A stretch of DNA of 64,000 nucleotides from Amoebidium appalachense (taxonomy: Eukaryota > Protista > Ichthyosporea), in assembly GCA_963693365.1 (NCBI GenBank), contig CAVNZM010000005.1:7014710-7078709 (forward strand). The letters are read 5' to 3'. Under the pieces are notes generated by a model, which searched no databases, had not been told where the DNA came from, and saw only the letters and a program-made list of their open reading frames with translations. The position numbers were made by a program, and so were the translations under genes. Positions 41,678-58,445 of this stretch are shown one piece after another; position 1 is the stretch's first letter, and every line of letters begins with the position of its first letter.

Positions 41678-42586
41678 CACTGGGGGCCGTCGGCGCGCCG
41701 CCCAATCCTATGAGGCGCCGTTTGCTGCAGAATTCCTTCGATCCTTTTTTCCAGCGGAAATCGGTCGATCGAAGACGGATCTAACCTATTATGGGAAAAC
41801 ACCGATCCTGATTTGAAATCCGGAACATTTGGTTGCTGAAAGCTTCGCATAGCCTTTTTTGGGTCGGCAAAGGCATGATAAAAGATCGGCCAATCAGCAA
41901 TCTGTTACTGGCTTTCACATTAAATAACCAATAGTTGGCGGTTAATATCATTCACTGTAGTAACCGGCTAGATCTATTCGCTTTTTTCACGGATCGGCAA
42001 CTTTCGGATGCATGCATGCATGCGCTTTCTTTTTCTTTTTTTCCGCTGTTCTCAACCTAGCTGTTTTAGAAAAATAGTCAAGGTCGAGTAAAACACGAGG
42101 GTGTGGCAAGGTTGCACCCGTGAAACACTACCAGCCAGCCCCGCCGGCATTTTGCAGCAACTTGACAACGGTGGGTGTCCACTGTGTACACTACAGGCTT
42201 GTCTGCTTGTTGTTTTCTTGCACATCGGCTAGCCTTCTCATCTGTTATGTCGTCGATATGTCGTCGATGAGAACCAAGTGTCTGCGACTCTAGTGGTTAG
42301 GCGAGGAAGGTTTCCCATAGTTAAAAACGCTTGTTTTTACGCATATGCACGCACGCGCGCACGCACGCACGCATGCACGCACGCACGAGCGCAAACGCAC
42401 CCACTCACACACATATATGAACACATGCGCACACACCCACCCACACACGCCCACGCACCCACCCACACCCACACCAAACACCGACGTGTGCGTGTGCACA
42501 CAGCAACGCACGCAGACACGCAAGCACACTCACACACGCGCACTCACATTCATTCATGCGCACACATGCACACACACACACATATG

Positions 42587-42709
<123 letters not shown>

Positions 42710-44216
42710 TCGCTTGGGCACTATATGCTGTGCGCATCCACTTTTAAGCACGCATCCACTGCCAAATCATACACGCACGCACACATACCAACACACACAG
42801 GCACACGTGCAACCACACACACGCACACAAGCAACCCACCAGTACAAGCACTCACAAACACGGGCACACGGAAGCACACGCACACAACACACACACATAC
42901 CGTACTCGTTCACACACACACACACACACACCACACACACACACACCGTGCACAGGCATACACCCACACACACGCACACACACGCACACTCACACCCAAG
43001 CTTTTGTACTTGCTTGCATACATGAGCACACACAAACACACACATTCTCATGCCCAAACGCACAGACGCAGCACACAAACGTGTAAACAAATGTGTCACG
43101 TATACACACCTGAACACAGAGCCGTGTGCACTGTTACTTGCAGACACTTTGAAACACGCACACGTGCGTGTACGCACACATGCTTGTGAGCAGGCCCACA
43201 CACAGACCCCTACACACTTGTCTCACTCTGTACCCTTGCATGCATGTATACACACAGAGACATACAGCCTTACACTTCCTCGTTGACCGACATCTCTTCT
43301 CTTTTGGTGTCTGTCCCCATACTCCTTTCTTTCCTCCGCCTCCTTCTCCTGTTCTTTCCTTCTCCCCTTCCTGTGAAGCCTCTCCCTTTATTTCCTTCTT
43401 TCTGTTTCTCCTTCCCTCCCTCTCTTCTGCTTCCCGCGCACTTCTCTACCACTCACTACTGCTCCCGTCCCCCGGCGTCCTTCCCTCGAACCACACACTT
43501 AAACACCCGCTCCCTCTCTCCTTCCCCCCCCCCCCCCCCCCCCTTTCCTTCGTGTCTTCCCCCTCTCCCTCCTCCCCGCCCACTTTTTCTTGCTCCATTT
43601 TCGGCTTATCTGCTCACATTCGGGTATTCTCTCTGACTATCCCTCACGCTCTCTTCCCCTCTTAGTTTTCCTCTTCTTGCTCTGCCCCTATTTCCCCTTC
43701 TTTCCTATATTTTTTTCACCCTTTCTGCAACACTGTTTTTCCGTCCCTCCCCATTCTTTTTATTCCCACGCTGATCTATTCCCCTGCCTCGCTGCTTATT
43801 CCTCTTCCCTGTTTTTCGTGGGGTAATCCTGCCACTTGCTCGAACCCCTCAGTTCCCTGCCCATTGGTTGTTCCGTGTTCATCCTACTTCCTGTTCCTGC
43901 ACATTCCCCGTTTTTTGTTTACTTTCGCTGGGATTCCTCCCCCACTCATCTTCATGTCCTGCTTGTCCTTTACCTTTTCGGAAATCCCCCTTCCCTCCCT
44001 TCCTCGTCAGTGCTGGTGTTATGCCTTGGCCCCTTCTTTATGGTTGTCCAAATATTCGTTGGTTTATCCTCCTTCTTTTTCCTTTTTGGGGGCTCTTTCT
44101 CTATAGCGGATTCGTCTCAGCCCGCTTCCTCTTTTGCTCAAGGTCCCCCCGCCCTACAAACAAACACACCGGTCATGCCCCCTCCCCTTCTTCCTTCCCA
44201 ATCCTACCCCCTCCCC

Positions 44217-44247
<31 letters not shown>

Positions 44248-45305
44248 AAAAAAAAAAAAAAACCCTCCCCCCCTTTCTCACCTCCCCCATTGTTGCCCAC
44301 TTTGACTGCCTGTGTCTTCCCTCTTTCTTCTTCTTCTCCATGTAAACACGTGCAGAAAGCCGCACATAATCCCCCTTGCCTTCCCCGCTTCCCACATAGT
44401 TCTTTCCCCTTTCTTCTTTCCATCTGTTTCCCTCTCACTATCTCTCTATTTATCCCTCTCCCTCCCCCCGCCCCTCCCCCCCTCCCCCCTTGCCGTTTTC
44501 TCTCGTGGTCTCTCTGTTTCTTTCCTATCTCTCTCTCTTTTTCTTTCTCTCTCCACTCTCTCTATCCCTCTCTCTCTCCCTCTCCCTCGCCCGCCTCCCT
44601 TTCTCCCTGCCTCCCTCTCTCTCCACTCCTTGCTTCTCTCTCTCTGTCCCTCCCTCTCTCTGTCTCTTGCCCTCTCTCCGTCGCTCTTTTTTTCTATCGG
44701 ATCTCTCTCCCTTTTTTTTGCACTCTCTCCCGCCCTTCTTTCCCCCTTCTCCTTCCTTCTGCCCCAGCTTCTGGCCTGCCCCTTCTCCCACCCACACGGC
44801 CACCACCCACATACCCACGCAACCACCTATTCCACCATAGACCCACACACACAACCACCCACCACCATACAACTACAGGACTATCCACACAGCCAACAAC
44901 ACCCGCACAACCACCAACCCCCATAACCATCCTCTCACACATTCACCTACCTGCACACCCAACCACACAACCATCGACAAAACCACCCACACACTCACTC
45001 ACTCATGCACACGTTCACCCGCCCACACGCACACCCATCTCCACACCCACCCACCCACCCACCCACACAACCACCTACCCATCTAACAACTACTCACACA
45101 CACACACCACACACACCCACACACCGACACACCGACACAACCCACCCAAACACACACACACTCACTCACTCACTCCTCACTCAAACAACGACCCATTCTC
45201 AGACCCACCCACCCATGCACATACCCTCCCGAACACCAACCCACCCAACCACCCACTCACACGCCCACCCACCCACGCACCCAAAAACCTACACAACTAC
45301 CCACC

Positions 45306-45354
<49 letters not shown>

Positions 45355-45433
45355 ACACACACACACATCCACAATCCCTCCCTCCCTCACACCCACACAA
45401 TGACACACCCACCTACACAATCACCCACACATC

Positions 45434-45491
<58 letters not shown>

Positions 45492-46042
45492 GTGACACCC
45501 ACATACACAATCACCTACCTACACACCCATCCACCCACACAACCTCCTACCCACATATTCACCCACACAATTACCATATTCACCCACACAATTACCATAT
45601 TCACCCACACAATTGCCCACATGACTATCCAACGGCGCACACCCAGCCACATAACCACTCACCTCCACACCCACCCACATACCTAACCATACACCTACCC
45701 ACACAACCACCCAATCACAGCCACACTCATATACCCACCCACCCTCACAACCAACCACCCCCACACTCCATCCCCCAATCCACCCACCCACCCACACTTA
45801 TTCACTCCCACACCCATTCACACCCACACCCACTCCCACACCCAACCACCTGCATAGCCACCCACACACACAGCCACCCACAGGCACGGCACCCACCCAC
45901 ACAATCACCCACACACCCGTACAATCACCCACACACCCACATACCCGCACAATCAACCCCCTCCTTTCCCTTCGTTTTCTCCTAAATAGCTCTTTTCTGT
46001 GCATCAATCGTTCTTTCCTGCCTCCCCTCCTTCCTTCTCCCC

Positions 46043-46076
<34 letters not shown>

Positions 46077-47908
46077 ACCCTCCTCTTCCCTCCAATCTAC
46101 CCCCCCCATACACCCTCCCACACACCCGCAACATCACCATCACACCCGTACATTCACCCACACAACACACACACACACACACATACAATCACCCGCACAC
46201 CCACACACCGGCACACCCATTCACACAATCACCCAGTCGCATAAGCATCCACCTACACAAAGACCCCCCTACACGATTATTTACACAACGTTTCACCAAC
46301 CTACACCCACACACACACCCATGTACCCACCCACACACCCACCCACCAAACCAACTGCTCACACACCCACCCATTCAATCACCTACTCACACGACGACTC
46401 ACCCATACACCCACCCACACACCCATTGACCCATTCACATGGACCCACCCACACATCCACCCACACCTGCCCACACACACACCCAATAACCTACACAACT
46501 ACCCACACACACAAACACACACAGAGAGAGAGACACACCCACCCAAACACACACACATACACACCCCGACACCATCACCAACCCACCTAGACACCCATCC
46601 ACACAATCATCCACACAACCACCCACCTACGACCCATCCACCCACCCACTCAACCACCCATACACACAACCACACAACCACCACACATGTGCAAATAAGT
46701 ACAGGGTTCATCTATTTCTTCTTTCCGGACAAGGCGTAGTCAACCGAACATCAAGTTCTTGATGCCATGCTGATGCTGGGTGGAGTAGGTCTGTGGTGTG
46801 CATGCGCCAGGCTCGCCCATTTAACAGGTGCTGAGCTACTCCTTCCCAGGTGTGTGCTGGTCTTCTTCCGTTTGTGGGTGTGTGTGTGTGTGCATTTGTG
46901 TGTGCTTGTGCGGTTTGTGTGTCTCTGTGTCTGTTTTGTTTCACTGCGTGCGTGTGTGTGTGTGTTGGGGGGGGGGGGGGGGGGGGGGGGGGGGATTATG
47001 TGTGTATGTGTGTGTGGGTTTGCAGATACCATGGCGGGCAGGTGTCCATGCATTCACAAGACTGTGAAAGCAGCTCAAATTATGTGCGTGTGCGTGTGAG
47101 AGCACACCAAATAAGTTTGTGTACTGTGTAGGGCCATGCTTGTTGTGCTCAAGTTGGTACGAGTCCACGGTCAGCTGCCATTCCTTTTTGGTATCTTCAT
47201 TCTGTGTTGACCTCAACTTCACATCATCGTTTGCCCCTACCCTCCTACCCTCCTTTTCCTTGTTACTCGTTGAGCCCCGCCACCTCTGTCCACCTGCCCT
47301 TTTTGTCTCTGTCCGTCTTTTGTCTATCGTTATATCTCTCCTTCCCCGCAGCTCCCCTCCACCCTCCCCTCCACCACCACCACCACCAAACCCAATCAAA
47401 CCCTACCAATGAACTACCACCAGTCAGCACTGCGCATTTCTCCCGTCTGTTGTTTCCTTGTTAACCCCCACCTGTAACCAATCATGCACTCTTTTACACG
47501 GACCCCCCTGGTTAGACTATGTTCCACTGTCTCTGCGTTGCATGAACTGTTGCTCTCTTCCACCATGCAATAGGTTTTAATAGATTATCTTTCACCCCCT
47601 ACCCTCCATTCTGGCCAGCACACCTAAATGCAACACGCTACTCCTGACCACATTTCTCCAGGATTGATGTAGCATGGAGTTCCCTCTCTGCTTTTGCCAC
47701 ATGTATGCCATGACCGAGCCACAGTCTACAAATGCAGGTGTGTGTCCTTGTGGTGAATAGAACTGTATATGCGTGCCTGTTTGTAATGAGAAAACAGATG
47801 GGGATTAGGGGGGAATGACACAGTTTGCATGTTGGTGGGGGGCAAGATCGGTTCGATCACGCACGTGTGTGTGCGTGGGTGCGTGTGTCTTGGGAGAGAG
47901 AGAGAGAG

Positions 47909-47960
<52 letters not shown>

Positions 47961-48659
47961 GGGGGGGGGGGATATTGTGTGCGAGTGTCAAGTTTGGGTG
48001 TACGTGTGGGTGGTTGTGGGTTGTTGTTGGTGGGTGTATGGGTTTGTATGTGTGTGGGGGGGGGGAGGGGGGGAGGCGCGTGCGCGTGTGTGTATGTGTG
48101 TGTGTGCGTGTGTGCCTGGGTGTGTGTATATGTAGGTAGTGTGTGTGTATGATGTGTGTGTGTGTGTGCGCGCAAGGGATGGAAGGAGTCAACACGACGA
48201 ACTTACCAGCGTCTCCGGGCGCTGTGCCAGGACACATCTCCTCCCTCCCGTCACCCTCTTTCCCCACTTGTCCAAGATCCCATGCTGCTCGGGGAGGGAG
48301 GAGAAAGGGGGAGGGGTGGAGGGGGTGAGGCCAACCCGTTCTGTAGTAGTTGTTTAAGGATTGCCATTTTCCATGTTTTGAGTACCAGATCATAATGCAG
48401 TGCAGATTGCTAGAGTACACAGCACCGTAGCCCTCTCCTTTCCCCCCAGATATCTATATGCCAACCGCAAGCCCTACATCTATCCTTCCTGCTTGAGTAA
48501 CCCAGATCCTCGCCCAGTCCTCTCCTCTCCCTTTCCCCTTTCAACACATACAAACACGCCAACAAATCCGCCTGTGGCCGCGCACACACATACACCCACA
48601 CAAACATACACACATACACAGAGAGAAACAGAGAGAGATAGGGACAGATAGGCACACAG

Positions 48660-48714
<55 letters not shown>

Positions 48715-48840
48715 TACACACATACACAGAGAGAGAGAGAGAGAGATAGGGACAGACAGACACACACACACACACACACACACATACACCCACACAAACA
48801 TACACACATACACTCACAGAGAGAGAGAGAGATAGGGACA

Positions 48841-48951
<111 letters not shown>

Positions 48952-49340
48952 AGGCGGTGAGAACTATTCAATAGATTCATATGAACTGTCCCTCCCCCTA
49001 CCTCTCCCACCGTCTACCTCCCTTTCCCCCCCTCCTCCCCCCCGGACAAGCACACACTACCAGACACACTCATGTTACTGCTTGTACAGGAATGGCTGCC
49101 ACGGTTTCCTTGCCGGGGGCTCTCCAGCTAACACAGTGCCACGGCAAGGTTTGTAGTCCTACTGCGGGATGCTACTGCTTCCTATCATACAAAGAAAATA
49201 TCGTCACGCAAAAAGGCAAATAATTATAATTTGTAGTTCGTCAAGTGCCCATTGCTGCTGCCAACCACCCCATCATCACGAACACTCACTCAACAAGCCA
49301 CACAAAAAACAAACACGTGCATGAGCTACCAGCTCTACCT

Positions 49341-49410
<70 letters not shown>

Positions 49411-49540
49411 TCAGAGGTCGAAAAATCCTTTTCACTCTCTAAATTCCCATAAACCTTATATTCTCGTTAGTAAGATAACACACGCTTATGCCCCCGCACG
49501 CACACATACACGTGCACGTACGCACACACACACACACACG

Positions 49541-49576
<36 letters not shown>

Positions 49577-49589
49577 CACACACACACAG

Positions 49590-50326
<737 letters not shown>

Positions 50327-50809
50327 TATGCACACACGGTTTGATAGGGTTTCTTGCTCTTTCGTGCAGTCATTCATGTACGACCAGAGTCACACGGGCA
50401 CTAAACTTCTTACACTGCTCATTTGTGCAGGTGTGCCAGAACAATAGAACAATCGCACCAGCATTCAAAACAGCTTCTGCAGCAGCAAGCTTTTCTGCAG
50501 CCAATCTTACACAGACACCTATACTAGTTGTGTGGGTGGGTGTTGCCCCCCCCCCCCCCCTCCCCCCCCCCCCCCCCTTTCCTGCTCTCCTCACGCCTTA
50601 CTTCTCCACCCCCCCCCCCCTCTCTTCTCTCCCTCTCCCTCTCCCTCTCCCTCTTCGCCTCCCTCTCTTTCCCTCTCCCTTCCTCTCTCTCTCACTCTCT
50701 CTCTCTCGCTTCCTCTCTCTCTCCGTCTCTCTCTCTTTCTTTCTCTCTCTCTCTCTCCCCTCTCTCGCTCTACTGTAGCTCTCACCTTCTCAGTCTCCTT
50801 TTCTCTCTC

Positions 50810-50871
<62 letters not shown>

Positions 50872-52183
50872 AACCCCCCCTCTAGAGAGTCTCTCTCTTT
50901 CTCTCCCTCCACTTCTTTTTTTTCTCTCTCACACCGTCCCCCTCTTTCCCTCCCTCCCTTTCCGTTCCTCACTCCCTTCATCTTCTCCCCTTCCTTCTTC
51001 TTTTCCTCTCTCCCTCCCTCTCTCCCCTTCTCTCCCTTGCTCCCTCCCTCTCCTTCCCTCCCTCCCTCCCTCCCTCCCACTCTCCGTGTCTCTCTCATTC
51101 CCTCTCTCTCTCTCTCTCTCATTTTTCAACCCCCTCCCTAGGGCTCACTTTTCCCCTTGCCCTCTCCTCATTTCCTCTCTTGCTTCTTCCTACCTTTTTC
51201 CCCCCTGTCCTTCCCCTCCTCCTCCCCTCCCCCCCCCCCCCCCCCCCCCCTCCCTGTCTGTCTCTTTCTCTCTCAGATGATCTACCGACCTTCCCTCCCT
51301 CCCTCCCTTTTCCGCTTAGCCCCCCTCCCTTCCCTCTCTCTCTCTCTCTATCTCTCGCTCTCCTCCCATCCCCCGCCAACTCTCTATTTTTCCTTCCCTC
51401 CCTTTTTCCTCCATCCCTTCCTCTTCACTCCCCCCCCCCCCCCCCCCCCCCCCCTCTCTCTCCCTCTTTCTCTCTCTCCCCCTGTCCCTCCCTCCCCCTG
51501 CGTCCCCTCCCTGCCTCCGCTCCCTCTCTCTTTCTCTCTCTCTTCTCTCAGAACACCTATAGACATAGATATGCAGGAAGTTGCATTCTTCTGGCACCTT
51601 TCTTTTTGTAATTTTTTGGGGGGTGGGATGATTTTAATATCCCCTCGAAGGGGGGAGGGGAAAGGGTGGACGGGGGCAACTGCAAATGTGTGTAAATGTA
51701 GTTGTTGTCTGTTTATCGTCAAAAGGAGGAAGAGGGAAGGAACTGGAAACTCGAAGGGGTTTGGGGGGGGGGGGGGGTCGCCATTGTGGCATACCCCCCC
51801 CCCCCCCCCCCTCCCCCTCCTCCTCCTCCCCTGCCCGGGGGAACTTTGGGGAAGTGGGGAGGGGGGGAGGAGGGGGGGGGGGGGGGGGGGGGGGGACGGA
51901 CGAGAAAGAGGGAGGGAGAGGTCGGGAACGAGTAGTGCTGTGTCTGAAAATTCGAAAACAAAGACATTGGCAATGCTCGAATATCAGTTGGTATGTCTTC
52001 ATCCTAGCCACTGAGACATTCAATAAAATTTCCAATTACATATCATTCTTCTAAGCTAAAAAATAATGCATACTTGTGACCTAGCATATGCTTTCTCCAA
52101 ACAGAACTTCCTGTCTTTTTAATACATAACTTTTAACACCCGGTCCTTTGCTATTTTTTATTTTTTATATCTTTTTAATGCAG

Positions 52184-52851
52184 ATGGGTGAACCAGTGGT
52201 GCAACTAGTAGTTCGTCAGCAGAGCCATGAAATGTGGGCCTTCCTTAAATGTACAACAGTAAACGTGAACGCTACCGACCTGGTATGCCCCCATTCCCCC
52301 CCCCCCCCCCCTCCCCGCCCCGCCCCGCCCGCCCTTCCCTCCGTCTTTTCTTCTCCCCTTTCCACTAATCTCCTCTCTCTTTTTATTTCCCTGCCACCCC
52401 ATCCCCTCCTCCCCGCCTCCCTCTCCTATCACTCTCTCCCGCACTCCCCCCCTACCCCTTCCCTCGCCCCCCAGGCCGCCGCCTCTCCGCGCCTCCCTTC
52501 CCTGCCACACTCCCAATCCGATATTGTCCACTCTTGATATGGTCACTACATATTGTCTGGCCCGACCCGGAACTCAGACACCTGACCCATATCAAGGTGT
52601 ACCTAAACAAAGGTATGTAAACCCGACCCGAAAACGGGTAAACCGGTAACATACAGGAAATGCCCGTATTTTTTGCCCTAATGTGGCGATAGCGGTTTGT
52701 TCAATATGGTCACTCCAGCCTGTGCACATGACTAGATCTGGTGGTGGTGATAGTAACCCCCCCCCCCCCCCCCCCTCTTTTTTTTTTTTTTTTTGGTATA
52801 GTTCCCTCCTTAACCAACCTTCCTCCACCACCTCTCCCTCTGCCCTTTTCG

Positions 52852-52884
<33 letters not shown>

Positions 52885-53269
52885 CCCCCCCCCAGGCAAA
52901 GTCCACACAAGCCAGAGCAGAACCACACATGCATAGGCACACACAGTGGCTCATATACATGTGCGCACACACAAATACACACACGTACACATGCACACAC
53001 GTACATGTACACACGCACACACAGATGAACACACACATGTACGCACACACACACATGCACACACGCACATCGTGACACACATGTACACACACGTTCACAC
53101 ACACACACATGTACACACACACACACGTACACACACGTACACACGTACACAAACACTCGTACACACACAGTACGGTGTCACTGCTCTGCACGTGTCTGTC
53201 AGTCTACCCGACAGTCACCTTTTAAAGGAACTACTGGACTATGGTGCACACGTAAACACTGAAGATCGG
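52184..53269 (+). CDS. Two 99-nt phase-0 exons, each encoding one ankyrin-like repeat (fragment of an unresolved ankyrin-repeat gene)
   Basis: Exon 52184-52282 (TGCAG|MGEPVVQLVVRQQSHEMWAFLKCTTVNVNATDL|GTATGC) and exon 53171-53269 (CACAG|YGVTALHVSVSLPDSHLLKELLDYGAHVNTEDR|GTATGA). The second fits the ankyrin consensus G.TALH......LL..GA.VN..D. The remaining exons were not identified. Confidence 0.7.
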
Positions 53270-53297
53270 GTATGATCATACCCCTTGCTCCCCCCAG

Positions 53298-53331
<34 letters not shown>

Positions 53332-53460
53332 CCCGACTGCCCGCCCTGCCTCCTCCTCCCCCCTGCTCCCCCTTATTCCCACACCCAAAAGCTTTATTGG
53401 ATACCAAGCCGGTATATATACGGGCGGTAGTACGCGCGCACACACAGTCACACACATACA

Positions 53461-53498
<38 letters not shown>

Positions 53499-53564
53499 AC
53501 AAGCAAGCGCAAGCATTAAAGCAAACGGCAGCACACAATGTACATGCAAGCGCGCGCGCGCGCG

Positions 53565-53631
<67 letters not shown>

Positions 53632-53853
53632 GCAAGCGTAGAGTGGCATGTTAGGGAGTTTACTCCGAGCGGAACTAAAAAAGAGCCGAAAAGAAAAAAG
53701 AAAGGATTTATTGTTTTTGTTTCGGTGTTTGGGGGGGAGGTGGGGGGGAGAGGGGGCAGTAAGCACCATCTTGGGATTGGCTTGAATCTTACCAAGCACT
53801 TTGTGCATGGGCTTTACCGTGATCCCCCAAAACATGTACACCCACACACACTA

Positions 53854-53904
<51 letters not shown>

Positions 53905-54363
53905 GAACGCATACACGCACATGTAGACACGGGCTTGCACTTTACGTAGACATGCACACACACATGCATGCACACACACACACACACACACATACATACC
54001 GTGACGTATACACACGTACATATAACACACTCTTACACACACGGACACGTGGACACACACACGCACACACACACACAGACGCACACACACGCACACACAC
54101 ACGTACACAATAGCACACAAATACATACAAACACACGCACACACACACCAACTTTTTTGCACAGAGTTGACACCTACAACGTTGCCTGTGCATGTGCACA
54201 ATTACGGTGTCTCCAGAAGCACTTTGCACGACCGCAGACGGCTGCAGCCTGCTACTTTGCCCAAAGAAGGGTGTTTTCCTGCCTCTTCGCATGAACACAG
54301 ACAAGGCATATACTTAAATACTTGTGCACACACAAAGACCCACACACGCGCACAGCAACCCCA

Positions 54364-54397
<34 letters not shown>

Positions 54398-54538
54398 CCG
54401 CCCTCTCCCCCTGCCCATTTTCTCTCCTGGGCACGAGTCTCTCCCCATCCCCAATATCCCTGTCCCCTCTCCCTCCTCACCCAATGGTCGCACTTCTAAT
54501 GCCTATTCCCATACAACCCATGGCTCCCATAACCGCAT

Positions 54539-54569
<31 letters not shown>

Positions 54570-55007
54570 ACACACACACACACACGCACACCCTCCCTCC
54601 CCCCTCCCTCCCCCCCCCCCCCTCCCCCCGTATTAGTTTGATCCATATCCTGTTCTTCGCTCTCTTGTTGCTTGCTTGTGTCTGCATCATCTTTTTGCAT
54701 CTCTCCCTCCCACCCCACACCTCCCCCCTCTCTATGCTCTCTCTCCCTTACACACACACACAGAGCAAGAGAGAGAGACATACACAGATATTTGGTGTGT
54801 GCGTGCGTACATGTGTGCATGTGTGTGTACGTGTGTGTATGCGGCATCCGTGCGCCCATGCTCGTATTTGTGTATATATGCCTGTTTGTGCTCGTGTGTG
54901 TGTATTGATTGGCCAGTGCAGAAGAGCTGAAATTGATAACACAAGTACATGCAAACACACTCGCTCATATAGTCCACGTCAGCTTGCACGAACACCCACA
55001 TCGAAAT

Positions 55008-55140
<133 letters not shown>

Positions 55141-55729
55141 GGGCGCGCTGTAAACAGTTGGACTAGTTAGGATAAGGCAGAGTACAACTGAATCAAAATA
55201 AAGACAGAGAACGGGTAGAAAGGCACACGCGGCCAGGTTGCGTTTACTATGGGCCGACTCAGTCTGTCTCAGACTTCACTGATGTGATCCCCGTACTGGG
55301 ACGGCTTTCTTATATAGCCCCCAGGTTTCGGATCAAGGCCCAGGATTGGTTCATCCGCGGCCAGCGCGGGTGGCAACATGCCATTCGTGATTCTGGTGCG
55401 GTCCGAGCCAGTCAGACCTTTGTCCTATTTATGCAAACCTCTTATTGGTTCACTTCGTTTATGTGGTATGCAGCGGAAGAACCATATATGGTTCAATTCT
55501 TAGGTCAGAGTGAGTCCTATTGGTGCGGACATAATATTTATGTGATATTCATGACAAAGCACGAATCGTGTGCTAGTAGATCACATTCTTTAGTAAACAT
55601 GTACAGTTCATGTGTACAGTTGTTTACACGCGCGCACCGGGCGCGCGCACACACAGCACACAAATACACGCACACATACAATTACACACAAGCACGCGTG
55701 CGTGCATACACACACACACACACACATAT

Positions 55730-55771
<42 letters not shown>

Positions 55772-55871
55772 CGTGGCAACACACACGCATCCACCCGCGC
55801 ACACATACACGCAACAGACACGCACACATGCACACACACACACTCGTACTTTCACACACACACGTGCGCGT

Positions 55872-55949
<78 letters not shown>

Positions 55950-56604
55950 CCGACAGACACACAGATATGTGCCGGCTGTCTGTTTATAAAGTGGTTTGGC
56001 TATTTTACAGCCTATTGTGAATATTTCATCCTGCCTCGGTGCAGATGCAAAACTTAGGTGGGAGACCGTAGCCTCTGTGAGGTAAAACGGGTTGCAAATA
56101 AAGACATGCTCATGTGAAGCATCTGCTACAATTATATTCTTACTATTCTTAAAAATCCTAAGTATGCACGTGCACATACCTTTGCCCCACTCAGCGGCAT
56201 AGAGCCGACACGTGCATACATATCAAACATCACCACTGGCCACGGGTGCACGGACCTCTGGGTGCGTACAGACGCACACGCACACACACATACACACACA
56301 CACGCACACACACACACACACACAGGAACACCGTTGATACACACACGAGCTCGAGCACACAAGCACACACCTACACACACACACACACACAGGAACACAC
56401 AAACACACGCGCGCACACACACCGTGACACACAGGCACAGGAACACCGTTGAAACACACACAAGCTCGCGCACACATGCACACACCTACACACACACACA
56501 GGAACACACAAACACACGACCGCGCGCACACACACATACACACCTAAACACACACATAAAGCATATGCATACACACGTACACACACATACACACACACAC
56601 AGGA

Positions 56605-56643
<39 letters not shown>

Positions 56644-57594
56644 TGTTGTGTGCGAGCATGTACGCAAGCGCAAATTTCGCATGCATGGACACTCACACAG
56701 TGGCCTGCTGTAACATGAACACACAGGCACAAATTGGTGCCATTCCCACTGTCACAGACGCATATTATCATCATGCCCGCACACTCCGGCCATTGTAAGA
56801 GTTTGCCAGCATGCATGTATGCTCGAAGTATACCCATGTGACACGTGTTGTACACGTACGTACACGTTTTTTGATTGCATCAATATTCTCAGTAACAGTA
56901 CACCACCGACACACCTGGCCTGCAGCACTGCAGCAACTGAGTGATAAATATTCCCGACAGTCGGACATCATTCTAATAGTTGCTCATGCATGACCTTGGC
57001 AAAGGCAGGTCGACGCCAACCATACATAGGCTACCACTTGAGTCATAGCGAAACGGACACTGCGTGGGGACCCCAATGTACCCGTTAGCACACAGATAAC
57101 GTTCACGGCAGTACCACTAGTCTAGGAGAGTGGTGAATGTGAAAGCGGGTGGGGGCTGAGCCAGGAGCGGGGGGGGGGGGGGGGGGGGGTAGAACCAAGA
57201 TCTAGATGGGCCGATTTATATATGTACACATGTAGTCACGTATGGGGAAGGGGGGGGGGGGGGGGGGGGGGGGGGGTCCGGGAAAGGAGGGCAGGGGCCG
57301 GGGAGTATGACGTAGAAATATTTATTCGGACCAACTTCCTGATTGGCCCCCTCACTATATCAAATGCAACACCCAGAATAACATCCACAAATCTACGTAG
57401 ACCGTTCGAGTAGGGGGTTGCCATTCAAAGCCTCCTGGTGAGCTCCGAACGAGGAGCCGATTAATGGAGAAGAGGGGGAGGGTGGGAGGGAGGGGGGAGG
57501 GGTGGGGGGAGGAGGGGGCGAGGGATTGTTTGGTACAATGGCGTGCAATCATGATGATTATGCGAAAAATAACATTGGGTTGGGGGGCGAGAAA

Positions 57595-57628
<34 letters not shown>

Positions 57629-57707
57629 AGGGGATGATTGATAGTATTTGGGACCGGTTTTTTATAGTAGGCTCCACCCAAAGAGGGATAGAGCCTCAGG
57701 GGCTCGG

Positions 57708-57744
<37 letters not shown>

Positions 57745-58413
57745 AGGGGGGGGCGGCCCGTGGGACGGTTTATAGAAATGCCATGGCCGCCGGGCCTGGG
57801 CGGAAGGGGATCGGAGGGGGAGGGGGAGGCCTAGGGGGGGCCGGGGGGGGAAATTTGTCAGCTTGATGGATCATCCGGGCCATGGCCGGGGGAGAGGCCT
57901 AGCGGGGGGAGGGGGGGGGGGGGGGGGGGGGGGGAGGATGAATATTGACTTTAATTAATATTGATTTGATGATGATCTTAAAGCCCAAGTATCCGAACCC
58001 CCTCCCCAGTTTCAAATTCAGCACCCCCTTACTTTAATATACGGCTGTGGTTGAAGAGTATTAAGAGGGGTACTATGGAGGGGGCCATGGGGCACTAGTG
58101 GTAGGGGCACGCTAGGTAGAGCCATTACCAAGGACCGAGTTGCTAAAAATATATGTCGAGGCCTAGTTGGGTATCGAAGGGGTGGTGGTGGCCACGGGGA
58201 GCCGGAAAAATGGATGGGCCGGCCGGAGGGAGGGGCGGGTGAGAGAGGGGGGAGGGGGGAAGGGCGGGGCCAGGGGGGCCGCGTGGGGGGTGGGGTGGGG
58301 TGGGGGGGGGGGGGGGGGGGGGAGGGGAGCGTGGTGAGGGGGGTTGCATATGGGGGGATGGGAGAGAATCCGAGGAAAGGGGTAAGTACGGGGGTGGCCA
58401 TGGGGAATGCCCG

Positions 58414-58445
<32 letters not shown>

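Noticed and set aside
55260-55330. Kinase-like reading SVSDFTDV...LSYIAPRF
   Set aside because: It lacks true DFG/APE and HRD motifs; the resemblance is too weak.
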